From: Paracoccaceae bacterium
Lineage (GTDB): Bacteria; Pseudomonadota; Alphaproteobacteria; Rhodobacterales; Rhodobacteraceae
Length of the DNA: 44,080 nucleotides
NCBI GenBank assembly: GCA_027069385.1
Contig: JALXER010000285.1
Coordinates: forward strand, 1-44,080
Direction: 5' to 3'
Positions 35,695 to 42,970 of the stretch are shown here, one piece after another. Below the pieces are notes generated by a model. It was not told the DNA's origin. It made no database searches and was given only the letters and a program-made list of their open reading frames with translations. Numbering within the stretch: the stretch's first letter is position 1; each line of letters begins with the position of its first letter. Position numbers and translations under genes: made by a program.

Positions 35695-35721
35695 AACATA
35701 ATTCCTGCCCCGCAAGACCCG

Positions 35722-37182
35722 CTACAACCCGCGAACCCTCGGGGCCAAAAACACCGCGGCCGGATCAATCATCAGGTCGGTTATTGCCCAGACCAGCGCA
35801 TCCACCCGGTCCGGGCTGCCCTGCCCCGAATACCCCTGCGCGCCCATCTGGCACATCTGATCCTCAAGCGTGTTCAGCCCCGAAACATGCGCCACGCGGC
35901 CCTGCTCATACAGCGCCGCCACCGGCTCGGCCCGCGCCACCTTGCCCCGAGAGGCCCGCACGGCCCGATAAGGGATCAGCGGGTCGATCTGCCGGATCAG
36001 GCTTTCGACCAGTTCTCCGCCCTGATTGACCTCGGCCACCAGCCGGTCCGCGCCAAATTCGTGAAACGCCTCTACCGCCGCAGCCGCCCATGTTTGCGGG
36101 CTGGCCCCTTGCAGGCTGGCATCTTTCAGCACCACAGCGCGCCAGTTCACCGGCGGCCCGTTGGCCAGCACTCCGGCCACCACAATCCCGCAGGTATCGG
36201 CGTTTTTGCCGCTGGTCACCGGCGGGTCCACCGCCACCACCACCCGCGTCAGGTCCGGCACCTGCCCGACCCGCGCCGCATCCAGTGCGGCAAAATTCCA
36301 TAGCGCCCCTTCGTCGGCGCTCAGCAACTCGCCGTCCAGTTCCTGCCGGCCCAGACGCGAACCTTTGTATTTCTCGGTCACATAGCGCAGAAAAGACTCC
36401 GCCAGATTGGCCCGGTTCGCCCTCGTCGGGGCCGAGGTCTGCACCGTTGCCTTATCGGCCAGAATTTCGCGTAACAGCGGGTTATTGCGCGGCGTGGTCG
36501 TAACCACCTGCCGCGGCGCGTCACCCAGACGCAAGGCGAATTGCAGCATATCCCAAGTGTCCTGCCCGCGCTTCCACTTGGCCAGTTCGTCAACCCAGGC
36601 CGCATCGAATTGCGGCCCGCGCAGCGATTCGGGGTCGCTGGCCGAATAGACCTCGGCCACCGCGCCATTGGGCCATAGCAGCCGTTTGCGGCTGGCCTGC
36701 CATTCGGGTCTGCGGTCCGGCGGACTGCAGGCCAGAATGCCGCTTTCCCCCAGCACCATGACTTCGCGGGTCTGGTCGATGGTTTCTCCGATCAGCGCCA
36801 CGCGGCGGCATCGCCCCGCATCCGTCGGCCCCGCCCCTTCGACCTGCGCGCGCACCCATTCGGCCCCGGCGCGGGTTTTGCCCGCCCCGCGACCGCCCAG
36901 CACCACCCATGTTGTCCAATCCCCCTCGGGTGGCAACTGGTGCCCCAGGGCCCACAGCTCGAACAGCCATGGCAGGGACACCAGCGCGTTCGGGCTTAGG
37001 CCGTTCAGCGCTTTAATCAGCGCTTCCGGCGTTAGCCCGTCTAGATAATCGATCGCGGATTTCGCGTCTTGCCGCGTCAAGGTCGAGCGCAGTAAGTCCT
37101 GCCGCTTCAGTTCCTTTCTCGCGTTTTGCAAGCGCAACCTCCAGATCCACAACCTGTTGTAAGTGTTTGAAATGAGAGGCAA
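35722..37182 (-). CDS. g2: GTA g2: terminase large subunit
   Basis: Walker A GGRGAGKTRAGAEWV and a conserved LPWLFELWALGHQLPPEGDW N-terminal region. The maximal ORF (ATG 37182) overlaps g1 by 170 nt. An in-frame TTG at 37080, just before ..TRQDAKSAIDYLDGL.., is a likelier start. Confidence 0.88.
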   Translation of the reverse strand: MPLISNTYNRLWIWRLRLQNARKELKRQDLLRSTLTRQDAKSAIDYLDGLTPEALIKALNGLSPNALVSLPWLFELWALGHQLPPEGDWTTWVVLGGRGAGKTRAGAEWVRAQVEGAGPTDAGRCRRVALIGETIDQTREVMVLGESGILACSPPDRRPEWQASRKRLLWPNGAVAEVYSASDPESLRGPQFDAAWVDELAKWKRGQDTWDMLQFALRLGDAPRQVVTTTPRNNPLLREILADKATVQTSAPTRANRANLAESFLRYVTEKYKGSRLGRQELDGELLSADEGALWNFAALDAARVGQVPDLTRVVVAVDPPVTSGKNADTCGIVVAGVLANGPPVNWRAVVLKDASLQGASPQTWAAAAVEAFHEFGADRLVAEVNQGGELVESLIRQIDPLIPYRAVRASRGKVARAEPVAALYEQGRVAHVSGLNTLEDQMCQMGAQGYSGQGSPDRVDALVWAITDLMIDPAAVFLAPRVRGL

Positions 37183-37330
37183 TCATCGCGCGCTGTTCCG
37201 CGCTTGAATCGGCTGATCCAAGCCCGGCTTCCAGCCGTTCGATGAATACCTCCAACCCTTTGGCCAAGCGACGATAAACGAACCGCGCCGACTTCAGGGT
37301 ATCCTTACCAGGGGATAATTTCGATTTCAT
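37013..37330 (-). CDS. g1: GTA g1: small-terminase-like first gene of the cluster
   Basis: About 105 aa from ATG 37330 (MKSKLSPGKDTLKSARFVYRRLAKGLEVFIERLE...). The call rests on position immediately upstream of, and overlapping, terL, as for RcGTA g1. An alternative upstream ATG lies at 37384. Confidence 0.65.
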   Translation of the reverse strand: MKSKLSPGKDTLKSARFVYRRLAKGLEVFIERLEAGLGSADSSAEQRAMIASHFKHLQQVVDLEVALAKREKGTEAAGLTALDLDAARREIRDRLSRRANAGSAD

Positions 37331-37426
37331 ATGATAAGCTTTCGTCTGCTCCGCATAGGGGCAGAAACGAGAAAAGCGGCCCATCTTTCGATGATCCGCT
37401 TGCCCACTTCTTCCAGCTTGTCACAA

Positions 37427-37455
37427 GTTATACCCGCAAGCGTTCACAATGTCAA
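37427..37455 (-). promoter_or_regulatory. Near-consensus sigma-70-type promoter CTTGACA-N17-TATAAC facing g1
   Basis: The minus strand reads ..AATTCTTGACATTGTGAACGCTTGCGGGTATAACTTGTGAC.. The -35 element TTGACA is at 37455-37450 and the -10 element TATAAC at 37432-37427, with a 17-nt spacer. It lies ~95 nt upstream of ATG 37330. Motif match only. Confidence 0.45.
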
Positions 37456-37483
37456 GAATTAAATCTTGGGTTGTGTGTGGGGC

Positions 37484-37510
37484 GGCGCGTGGAGACCACG
37501 CACCCTACGC
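37484..37510 (-). repeat. REP-like hairpin (opposite orientation, one stem mismatch) just downstream of mltG and upstream of the g1 promoter
   Basis: The minus strand reads GCGTAGGGTGCGTGG-TCT-CCACGCGCC. It starts 14 nt after the mltG stop and plausibly acts as the mltG terminator or as an insulator. Confidence 0.6.
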
Positions 37511-37523
37511 TTATCCCCTTGAT

Positions 37524-38504
37524 TTAGTTGCCGTTTTCAATGGCGCGCCAGCGAGCAACATTTGCTTGGTGATCGGCCAGATTGGTTGCAAAGGCATGCC
37601 CGCCCGACCCGTCGGCGACAAAATACAGGTACGGGGTTTCATCGGGATTCGCGGCGGCTTCGATGGCGGCGCGCCCCGGATTGGCAATCGGCGTCGGGGG
37701 CAGGCCCGCATGCAGATAGGTGTTATAAGGCGTGTCCGCCGCCAGTTCCGATTCGTGCAACCCGTGCCCCAGTTTTTCGCGCCCCAGCGTAATGCCATAG
37801 GCCACCGTCGGGTCGGTTTGCAGGCGCATGCCTTGGCGCAACCGGTTGATAAAGACCGAGGCCACCTGCGGGCGCTCTCCGTCAACGCCGGTTTCCTTTT
37901 CGACGATAGAGGCCAGCACCAGCAACTCTTCGATCGTGTTGACCGGCAGGGTCGGGTCATGACCGGCCCAGGCGTCGCTCAGGATTTTGTTCTGGGCGGT
38001 GACCATCGTGTCGATGATCGATTGCCGCGTTGCGCCGCGCCCGAACAGATAGGTGTCGGGGGCCAGCGCCCCTTCGTCGGGGATGGTGTCGATTTCGCCG
38101 CTCAGGTTGGGTTCAGCCTGCAACAGCTGCACCACCTCGTAACTGGTCAGCCCTTCGGGGATGGTCACCCGATACTGGATGCTGCGCCCCGAGACCAGAA
38201 TCTTGAGGATCTCGGCCATCGAGGCCCCCGCCGGAATGTTGTATTCGCCGAATTTCAGTTTCGAAGCCAGACCGGAATAGCGCACCCCGATGCGAAACAC
38301 CTCGGCATTGCCCAGCGCGCCCGCCTCGACCAGGCGCGGGGTGATATCGTCCAGATTATCCCCCGGTTCAACCACGATCACCACCGGTTCGGCCAGCGGA
38401 CCAGCGGCATAGAATTGCGAGCGCCCCCAGCCGACAGCCGCACCGGCAAGCAACAGGGCAAGGATGATGAATGTCAGTGCATTCGCAGCTAGGGAACGTC
38501 GCAC
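37524..38504 (-). CDS. mltG: Endolytic murein transglycosylase MltG (YceG-like)
   Basis: 326 aa with GTG start and an N-terminal TM anchor. YceG motifs: FRIGVRYSGLASKLKFGEY, ASIVEKETG, VFINRLRQGMRLQTDPTVAYG, YNTYLHAGLPPTPIANPG. Confidence 0.9.
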   Translation of the reverse strand: MRRSLAANALTFIILALLLAGAAVGWGRSQFYAAGPLAEPVVIVVEPGDNLDDITPRLVEAGALGNAEVFRIGVRYSGLASKLKFGEYNIPAGASMAEILKILVSGRSIQYRVTIPEGLTSYEVVQLLQAEPNLSGEIDTIPDEGALAPDTYLFGRGATRQSIIDTMVTAQNKILSDAWAGHDPTLPVNTIEELLVLASIVEKETGVDGERPQVASVFINRLRQGMRLQTDPTVAYGITLGREKLGHGLHESELAADTPYNTYLHAGLPPTPIANPGRAAIEAAANPDETPYLYFVADGSGGHAFATNLADHQANVARWRAIENGN

Positions 38505-38507
38505 GAT

Positions 38508-39767
38508 TTATGCCTCGATCCGCTTGAAAATCACCGTGGCGTTGGTGCCGCCAAAGCCGAAAGAGTTGCTCATCGCCACATCGATCCGGCGTTTCACCGC
38601 CTTGTTCGGGGCCAGATCCAGCGTGGTTTCCACATCCGGATTGTCCAGATTGATCGTCGGCGGCGCGATCTGGTCACGAATCGCCAGTACCGAGAATATC
38701 GCCTCGACCGCGCCAGCGGCCCCCAGCAGATGCCCGATGGACGACTTGGTAGAGGACATGGTCGCGGTGCTGTCCTCGCCCAGCAGCCGCGTTACGGCCC
38801 CCAGCTCGATCGTGTCCGCCATAGTAGAAGTGCCGTGCGCGTTGACGTAATCCACCTCTGCAGGCTGTAATCCGGCCCGTTTCAGCGCCATTTTCATCGA
38901 CCGGTAACCGCCATCCCCGTCCGAAGCAGGGGCGGTGATGTGATAGGCGTCGCCCGACAGGCCATAGCCCACCACCTCGGCATAGATTTTGGCACCGCGC
39001 GCCTTGGCGTGTTCGTATTCTTCCAGCACCAGCATACCCGCGCCCTCGCCCATGACGAAACCGTCGCGGTCCGCGTCATAGGGGCGGCTGGCGTGTTCGG
39101 GGTCGTCGCGATGCTTGGTAGACAGCGCCTTGGCCGCGTTGAACCCCGCCACGCCGACGCCGCATATGGGCGATTCGGCACCGCCCGCAACCATCACATC
39201 CGCATCATCCCACATGATCAGCCGCGCCGCGTCGCCGATAGCATGGGCGCCGCTGGAACAGGCCGTTACCACCGCGTGGTTCGGCCCCTTGAAACCGTAT
39301 TTGATCGACACCTGCCCCGAACAAAGGTTGATCAGCGAGCCGGGAATAAAGAACGGCGAAACGCGGCGCGGGCCGCGCTCGTTCAGCAAAACCGCCGTGT
39401 CGGCGATGTTTTTCAACCCGCCAATCCCCGAGCCGATCATTACGCCGGTGCGCTCGCGCGATTCCTCGTCTTCGGGCATCCAGCCCGAATCCTCGACCGC
39501 CTGCGTGGCAGCACACATGGCAAACAGGATAAAATTATCCACCTTGCGCTGGTCCTTTTTGGCCATCCAGTCGTCGGGGTTAAAGGTGCCGTCGCTACCG
39601 TCGCCCAGCGGGATTTCGCAGGCATAATTGGTGGCAAATGCCGAGGCATCGAATTGCTTGATCGTGCCCGCAGCCGATTGTCCGGCCAACAGGCGTTCCC
39701 ACGATTTTTCCACGCCACAGGCAAGCGGGGTTAAGGCCCCCATTCCGGTAATTACAACGCGCCGCAT
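38508..39767 (-). CDS. fabF: Beta-ketoacyl-ACP synthase II
   Basis: MRRVVITGMGALTPLA..., active-site VVTACSSGAHAIGDA, HGTSTMADT and SNSFGFGGTNATVIF. ATG 39767 (the ORF extends to TTG 39773). Confidence 0.93.
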   Translation of the reverse strand: MRRVVITGMGALTPLACGVEKSWERLLAGQSAAGTIKQFDASAFATNYACEIPLGDGSDGTFNPDDWMAKKDQRKVDNFILFAMCAATQAVEDSGWMPEDEESRERTGVMIGSGIGGLKNIADTAVLLNERGPRRVSPFFIPGSLINLCSGQVSIKYGFKGPNHAVVTACSSGAHAIGDAARLIMWDDADVMVAGGAESPICGVGVAGFNAAKALSTKHRDDPEHASRPYDADRDGFVMGEGAGMLVLEEYEHAKARGAKIYAEVVGYGLSGDAYHITAPASDGDGGYRSMKMALKRAGLQPAEVDYVNAHGTSTMADTIELGAVTRLLGEDSTATMSSTKSSIGHLLGAAGAVEAIFSVLAIRDQIAPPTINLDNPDVETTLDLAPNKAVKRRIDVAMSNSFGFGGTNATVIFKRIEA

Positions 39768-39848
39768 ATTCAACTGACCCTCTGTCTGACTGTTTTGCTT
39801 CTTTTACCCGATAGCCGCGCAACAGGGCAAGGCCCGCTGCCCGCGACG

Positions 39849-40268
39849 TTACGGAATAACGATTTCATTGCGAAAAAATGTCACGCTGTCGGTGCTGCCG
39901 TCATCATAGACGATTTCGACCGTCACCAGTTGCACCGAACCGGAAGGCAAGGTCACATAGGGCGGATGCACATCGGGGTGAATTGCCGAGGGCGTGTTGG
40001 TGTTGACATAGCATTCTTCCATCGGAAACGGAATCGTTGCCGGTTCGCCGTTCAGGCCATAGCGTACCTCGGACAGGCCGCAGCGAAACGTGGTCAGATG
40101 GGTGAAATACAGCAGGTCATTGCCGTTGAAATCGCGCACCCCGACCCAGTTACCTTTGGTTGCGTCCAGTATCGGGCGCACTTCGGCGGCGCTCATGAAT
40201 TGAGCCGAGGCAAGCCCGGGCAGTGCAATGCCCAGCGCCGTTATCACAGGAATCAAAATCTTTTTCAT
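39849..40268 (-). CDS. Hypothetical secreted protein (139 aa) inserted between acpP and fabF
   Basis: Signal peptide MKKILIPVITALGIALPGLASA. No recognised family. Confidence 0.6.
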   Translation of the reverse strand: MKKILIPVITALGIALPGLASAQFMSAAEVRPILDATKGNWVGVRDFNGNDLLYFTHLTTFRCGLSEVRYGLNGEPATIPFPMEECYVNTNTPSAIHPDVHPPYVTLPSGSVQLVTVEIVYDDGSTDSVTFFRNEIVIP

Positions 40269-40312
40269 AGGGTTATCCTTTGCAAATACCGACAGAATAC
40301 CGCCCCGCGCGT

Positions 40313-40345
40313 CAAAAAGAAAGCGGCACCCGCAAAGGTGCCGCT
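40313..40345 (-). terminator. Rho-independent terminator downstream of acpP
   Basis: The minus strand reads AGCGGCACC-TTTGCG-GGTGCCGCT followed by TTCTTTTTG. 9-bp GC-rich stem plus a U-tract, 26 nt after the acpP stop. Confidence 0.75.
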
Positions 40346-40370
40346 AAATCTTGCTCAAATCCGACCGGAT

Positions 40371-40604
40371 TTAGGCGTTTTCGGTAACGTATTTGACCGC
40401 GTCGCCAAAGCTCTGGATGTTTTCGGCTGCGTCATCGGGGATTTCGATGCCGAATTCCTCTTCAAAGGCCATTACCAGTTCAACGGTGTCAAGGCTGTCT
40501 GCGCCCAGATCATCGATGAAGGACGCGCCTTCAACAACTTTACCTTCGTCAACACTCAGGTGTTCGACAACAATTTTTTTCAGGCGATCAGCGATGTCGC
40601 TCAT
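40371..40604 (-). CDS. acpP: Acyl carrier protein
   Basis: 77 aa from ATG 40604: [61 protein letters not shown].., with the DSLD phosphopantetheine site. The ORF-track start at 40706 is a spurious extension. Confidence 0.95.
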   Translation of the reverse strand: MSDIADRLKKIVVEHLSVDEGKVVEGASFIDDLGADSLDTVELVMAFEEEFGIEIPDDAAENIQSFGDAVKYVTENA

Positions 40605-40789
40605 AGGTTTCATCCTTGTTTTCAATGAATGGCGTGGCCATTCGGCTTCGGTTCTAATTCGGGTCGCCAGTTTTCGGCGCGCCCTTTGCCAAAACGGCAA
40701 GAGCACCGTCAGGCGTGACCCGCGGCAAATCTCAAGCGGGGCTATAACATACCTGTGCTAGTTGGCAAGTATTTTTCCGGATTCAACCG

Positions 40790-41914
40790 CTAACAGTCGA
40801 AATAGCCGCTGTCTGTGCAGGTTTTCGCCGCTTCGATGGCGTCTTGCAACTGTGCATCGCTCAAATCGGGGCGCCAGCGCAACATACCGGCCCAGCCCGA
40901 TACTCCGCCGGCCATCATGTGCCACATATAGGCGCGGGTCGCATTGTCCTGCGTATCATAGAGCGCGGCGATATCGCTCAGCACTCCGGTTTCACCCTGT
41001 CGCAGCGCTTGCAGGAAATACCGTTCGGCCCTGATCACATCCACGGGCCAAACCTTGCCCTCGCTATAGATCCGGCCAAGGCGAAGCTGCGCCCCAACCT
41101 CTCCTTGCTCGGCAGCCTTTTGATACCAGTCGATAATCTGCGGCATATCCGGATCAGACCGACCGATGGTTTCCATGGTTTCGGCAAGCACATACTGCCC
41201 CAGGCTCTCTCCTTGCAGCGCGGCCCGTTCCAGCCAGTAAAGCGCCTGTTTCAAATCCTGCTCCACACCGCGCCCGTAACGAAAGGCAAGGCCAAGGTCG
41301 GTTTCGCCAACAGCATAGCCCTGCTTGGCCGAGGCCCAGTACAGGCTGAACGCCTTGCGGTAATCGACCGTCACGCCGTTGCCAAATTCATAAGCATAGC
41401 CAAGGTTCAACAGCGCCTGCGCATCACCCAGTTGCGCCGCCATCCGGTTCAGGCGCAGGGATTCTTCAAAGTCGAGCGCCACCCCCTCTCCGGCACTATA
41501 CAGATAGGCCAGTTCCGCCATGCCGACAGAATCGCCCCCCTCTGCCGCATCGCGAAACCACTGCGCCGCGCGGGCCGCATCCGCTTCGACACCGAAACCG
41601 TTGTAATACATAAAACCCAGATGGGTTTGCGCATAGGTGTTCCCCTGCTCTGCCGCGGTCAGAAACCAGCGCCGCGCCCGGGCAAAATCCACATCGGTGC
41701 CATAGCCATAGTAATACCCGGCCCCGATCTCGATCATCGACTTCACCTGTCCGGCCTCGGCCAGTTCCAGCCAGATGACATTGGCCTGCGCATCAAACCC
41801 GTCATCGGACAGCTTTAGCGCATCGTCATAGCCTTGGGCACCGGTCCCCGACCCCGCCCCGCACAGCAGGGCGATGCAAACCGACAAGGCCTTTATGCGC
41901 AAGCGCGGGGTCAT
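40790..41914 (-). CDS. Sel1-like repeat (SLR/TPR-like) secreted or lipoprotein, inserted between fabG and acpP
   Basis: ATG 41914 gives MTPRLRIKALSVCIALLCGAGSG, a signal with a possible lipobox. About eight tandem Sel1-like units follow (A..W...AA.QG...AQ..LG.MY..G.GV..D). It ends in ..CTDSGYFDC. Confidence 0.8.
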   Translation of the reverse strand: MTPRLRIKALSVCIALLCGAGSGTGAQGYDDALKLSDDGFDAQANVIWLELAEAGQVKSMIEIGAGYYYGYGTDVDFARARRWFLTAAEQGNTYAQTHLGFMYYNGFGVEADAARAAQWFRDAAEGGDSVGMAELAYLYSAGEGVALDFEESLRLNRMAAQLGDAQALLNLGYAYEFGNGVTVDYRKAFSLYWASAKQGYAVGETDLGLAFRYGRGVEQDLKQALYWLERAALQGESLGQYVLAETMETIGRSDPDMPQIIDWYQKAAEQGEVGAQLRLGRIYSEGKVWPVDVIRAERYFLQALRQGETGVLSDIAALYDTQDNATRAYMWHMMAGGVSGWAGMLRWRPDLSDAQLQDAIEAAKTCTDSGYFDC

Positions 41915-41953
41915 GCAAAGCTCCGTAATTACGCATGGTTGCGTCAAGCCCGA

Positions 41954-41978
41954 TAGGGTGCGTGGTCCCCCACGCACC
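41954..41978 (+). repeat. REP-like hairpin, GGTGCGTGG/CCACGCACC subfamily, between fabG and the SLR gene
   Basis: TAGGGTGCGTGG-TCCC-CCACGCACC. 9-bp perfect stem, 14 nt downstream of the fabG stop. Confidence 0.65.
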
Positions 41979-41991
41979 ACACCAACCGCGC

Positions 41992-42729
41992 CTAGAACAT
42001 CGCCATACCGCCATTGACGTGCAGTGTCTGCCCGGTGACATAGCCCGCCTCGGGGCTGGCCAGATACAGGGCCGCGGCGGCGATTTCATCCGATTCGCCC
42101 ATGCGCCCCATGGGAACCCCGCCCAGCAGGGCGGCCTTTTGATCATCGCTCAGCGCGTCGGTCATGGCCGTGGTAATGAACCCCGGCGCGATGGCATTGA
42201 CGGTGATCCCGCGCGAGGCAACCTCTTGCGCCACCGATTTGCCCATGCCGATAACACCGGCCTTGGACGCGGCATAGTTGGCCTGACCGGGGTTGCCCGT
42301 TACGCCGACAATCGAGGAAATGTTGATAATCCGCCCCCAACGTGCCTTCATCATCGGGCGCATAACTGCGCGCATCAGCAACATGGTGGCGGTCAGGTTG
42401 ATCTCCAGCACGCTGTCCCATTCCTCGTCCTTGAGGCGCATAAACAGGTTATCCTTGGTCATGCCGGCATTGTTGACCAGAATGTCCAGCCCCCCCATGG
42501 CTTTGATCGCCTGTGCGGGCAAGGCCTTGACCGCGTCGCGGTCCGACAGGTTGCACGGGGTGACATGGGCGCGCTCGCCCAGTTCGGCGGCCAGCGCGTT
42601 CAGCGGATCAACCCGCGTGCCCGACAGCGCCACCGACGCGCCCGCCCCGTGCAAGGCCCGCGCAATTGCCCCGCCAATACCACCCGAAGCCCCGGTGACC
42701 AGCGCCGTTTTCCCAGTCAAATCAAACAT
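41992..42729 (-). CDS. fabG: 3-oxoacyl-ACP reductase
   Basis: 245 aa from ATG 42729: MFDLTGKTALVTGASGGIGGAIARAL..., NNAGMT, YAASKAGVIGMGKS, and the typical end ..GQTLHVNGGMAMF. Confidence 0.93.
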   Translation of the reverse strand: MFDLTGKTALVTGASGGIGGAIARALHGAGASVALSGTRVDPLNALAAELGERAHVTPCNLSDRDAVKALPAQAIKAMGGLDILVNNAGMTKDNLFMRLKDEEWDSVLEINLTATMLLMRAVMRPMMKARWGRIINISSIVGVTGNPGQANYAASKAGVIGMGKSVAQEVASRGITVNAIAPGFITTAMTDALSDDQKAALLGGVPMGRMGESDEIAAAALYLASPEAGYVTGQTLHVNGGMAMF

Positions 42730-42742
42730 AATATCTCTCCTG

Positions 42743-42766
42743 TAGGGTGGGTGCTCGCACCCACCA
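42743..42766 (+). repeat. REP-like hairpin, GGTGGGTG/CACCCACC subfamily, in the fabG/sulfatase divergent region
   Basis: TAGGGTGGGTG-CTCG-CACCCACC. Near-identical to the copy at 541-566. Confidence 0.65.
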
Positions 42767-42970
42767 ATCCCCGATACCATACCAAATATTTTCCGGCTTG
42801 CCAGCCAATATCCACCCGGAACCATTCGCTTTCGAACCGCAATCATATCGGGCCTGCGCCACGCCGCCTGCACCCCCGTAAATCCACGCAGGCGCAACAA
42901 TTCGAGTTGACCTGCTCCGCCATCCGGTTTTCAGTCGGGAAACCTTGTTTTTGATTCCCGAGGCCTGCAC

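Noticed and set aside
40741-40768. Candidate acpP promoter TTGCCA-N16-TATAGC on the minus strand
   Set aside because: A plausible hexamer match, but it implies a ~130-nt leader and nothing else supports it, so I did not list it as a feature.
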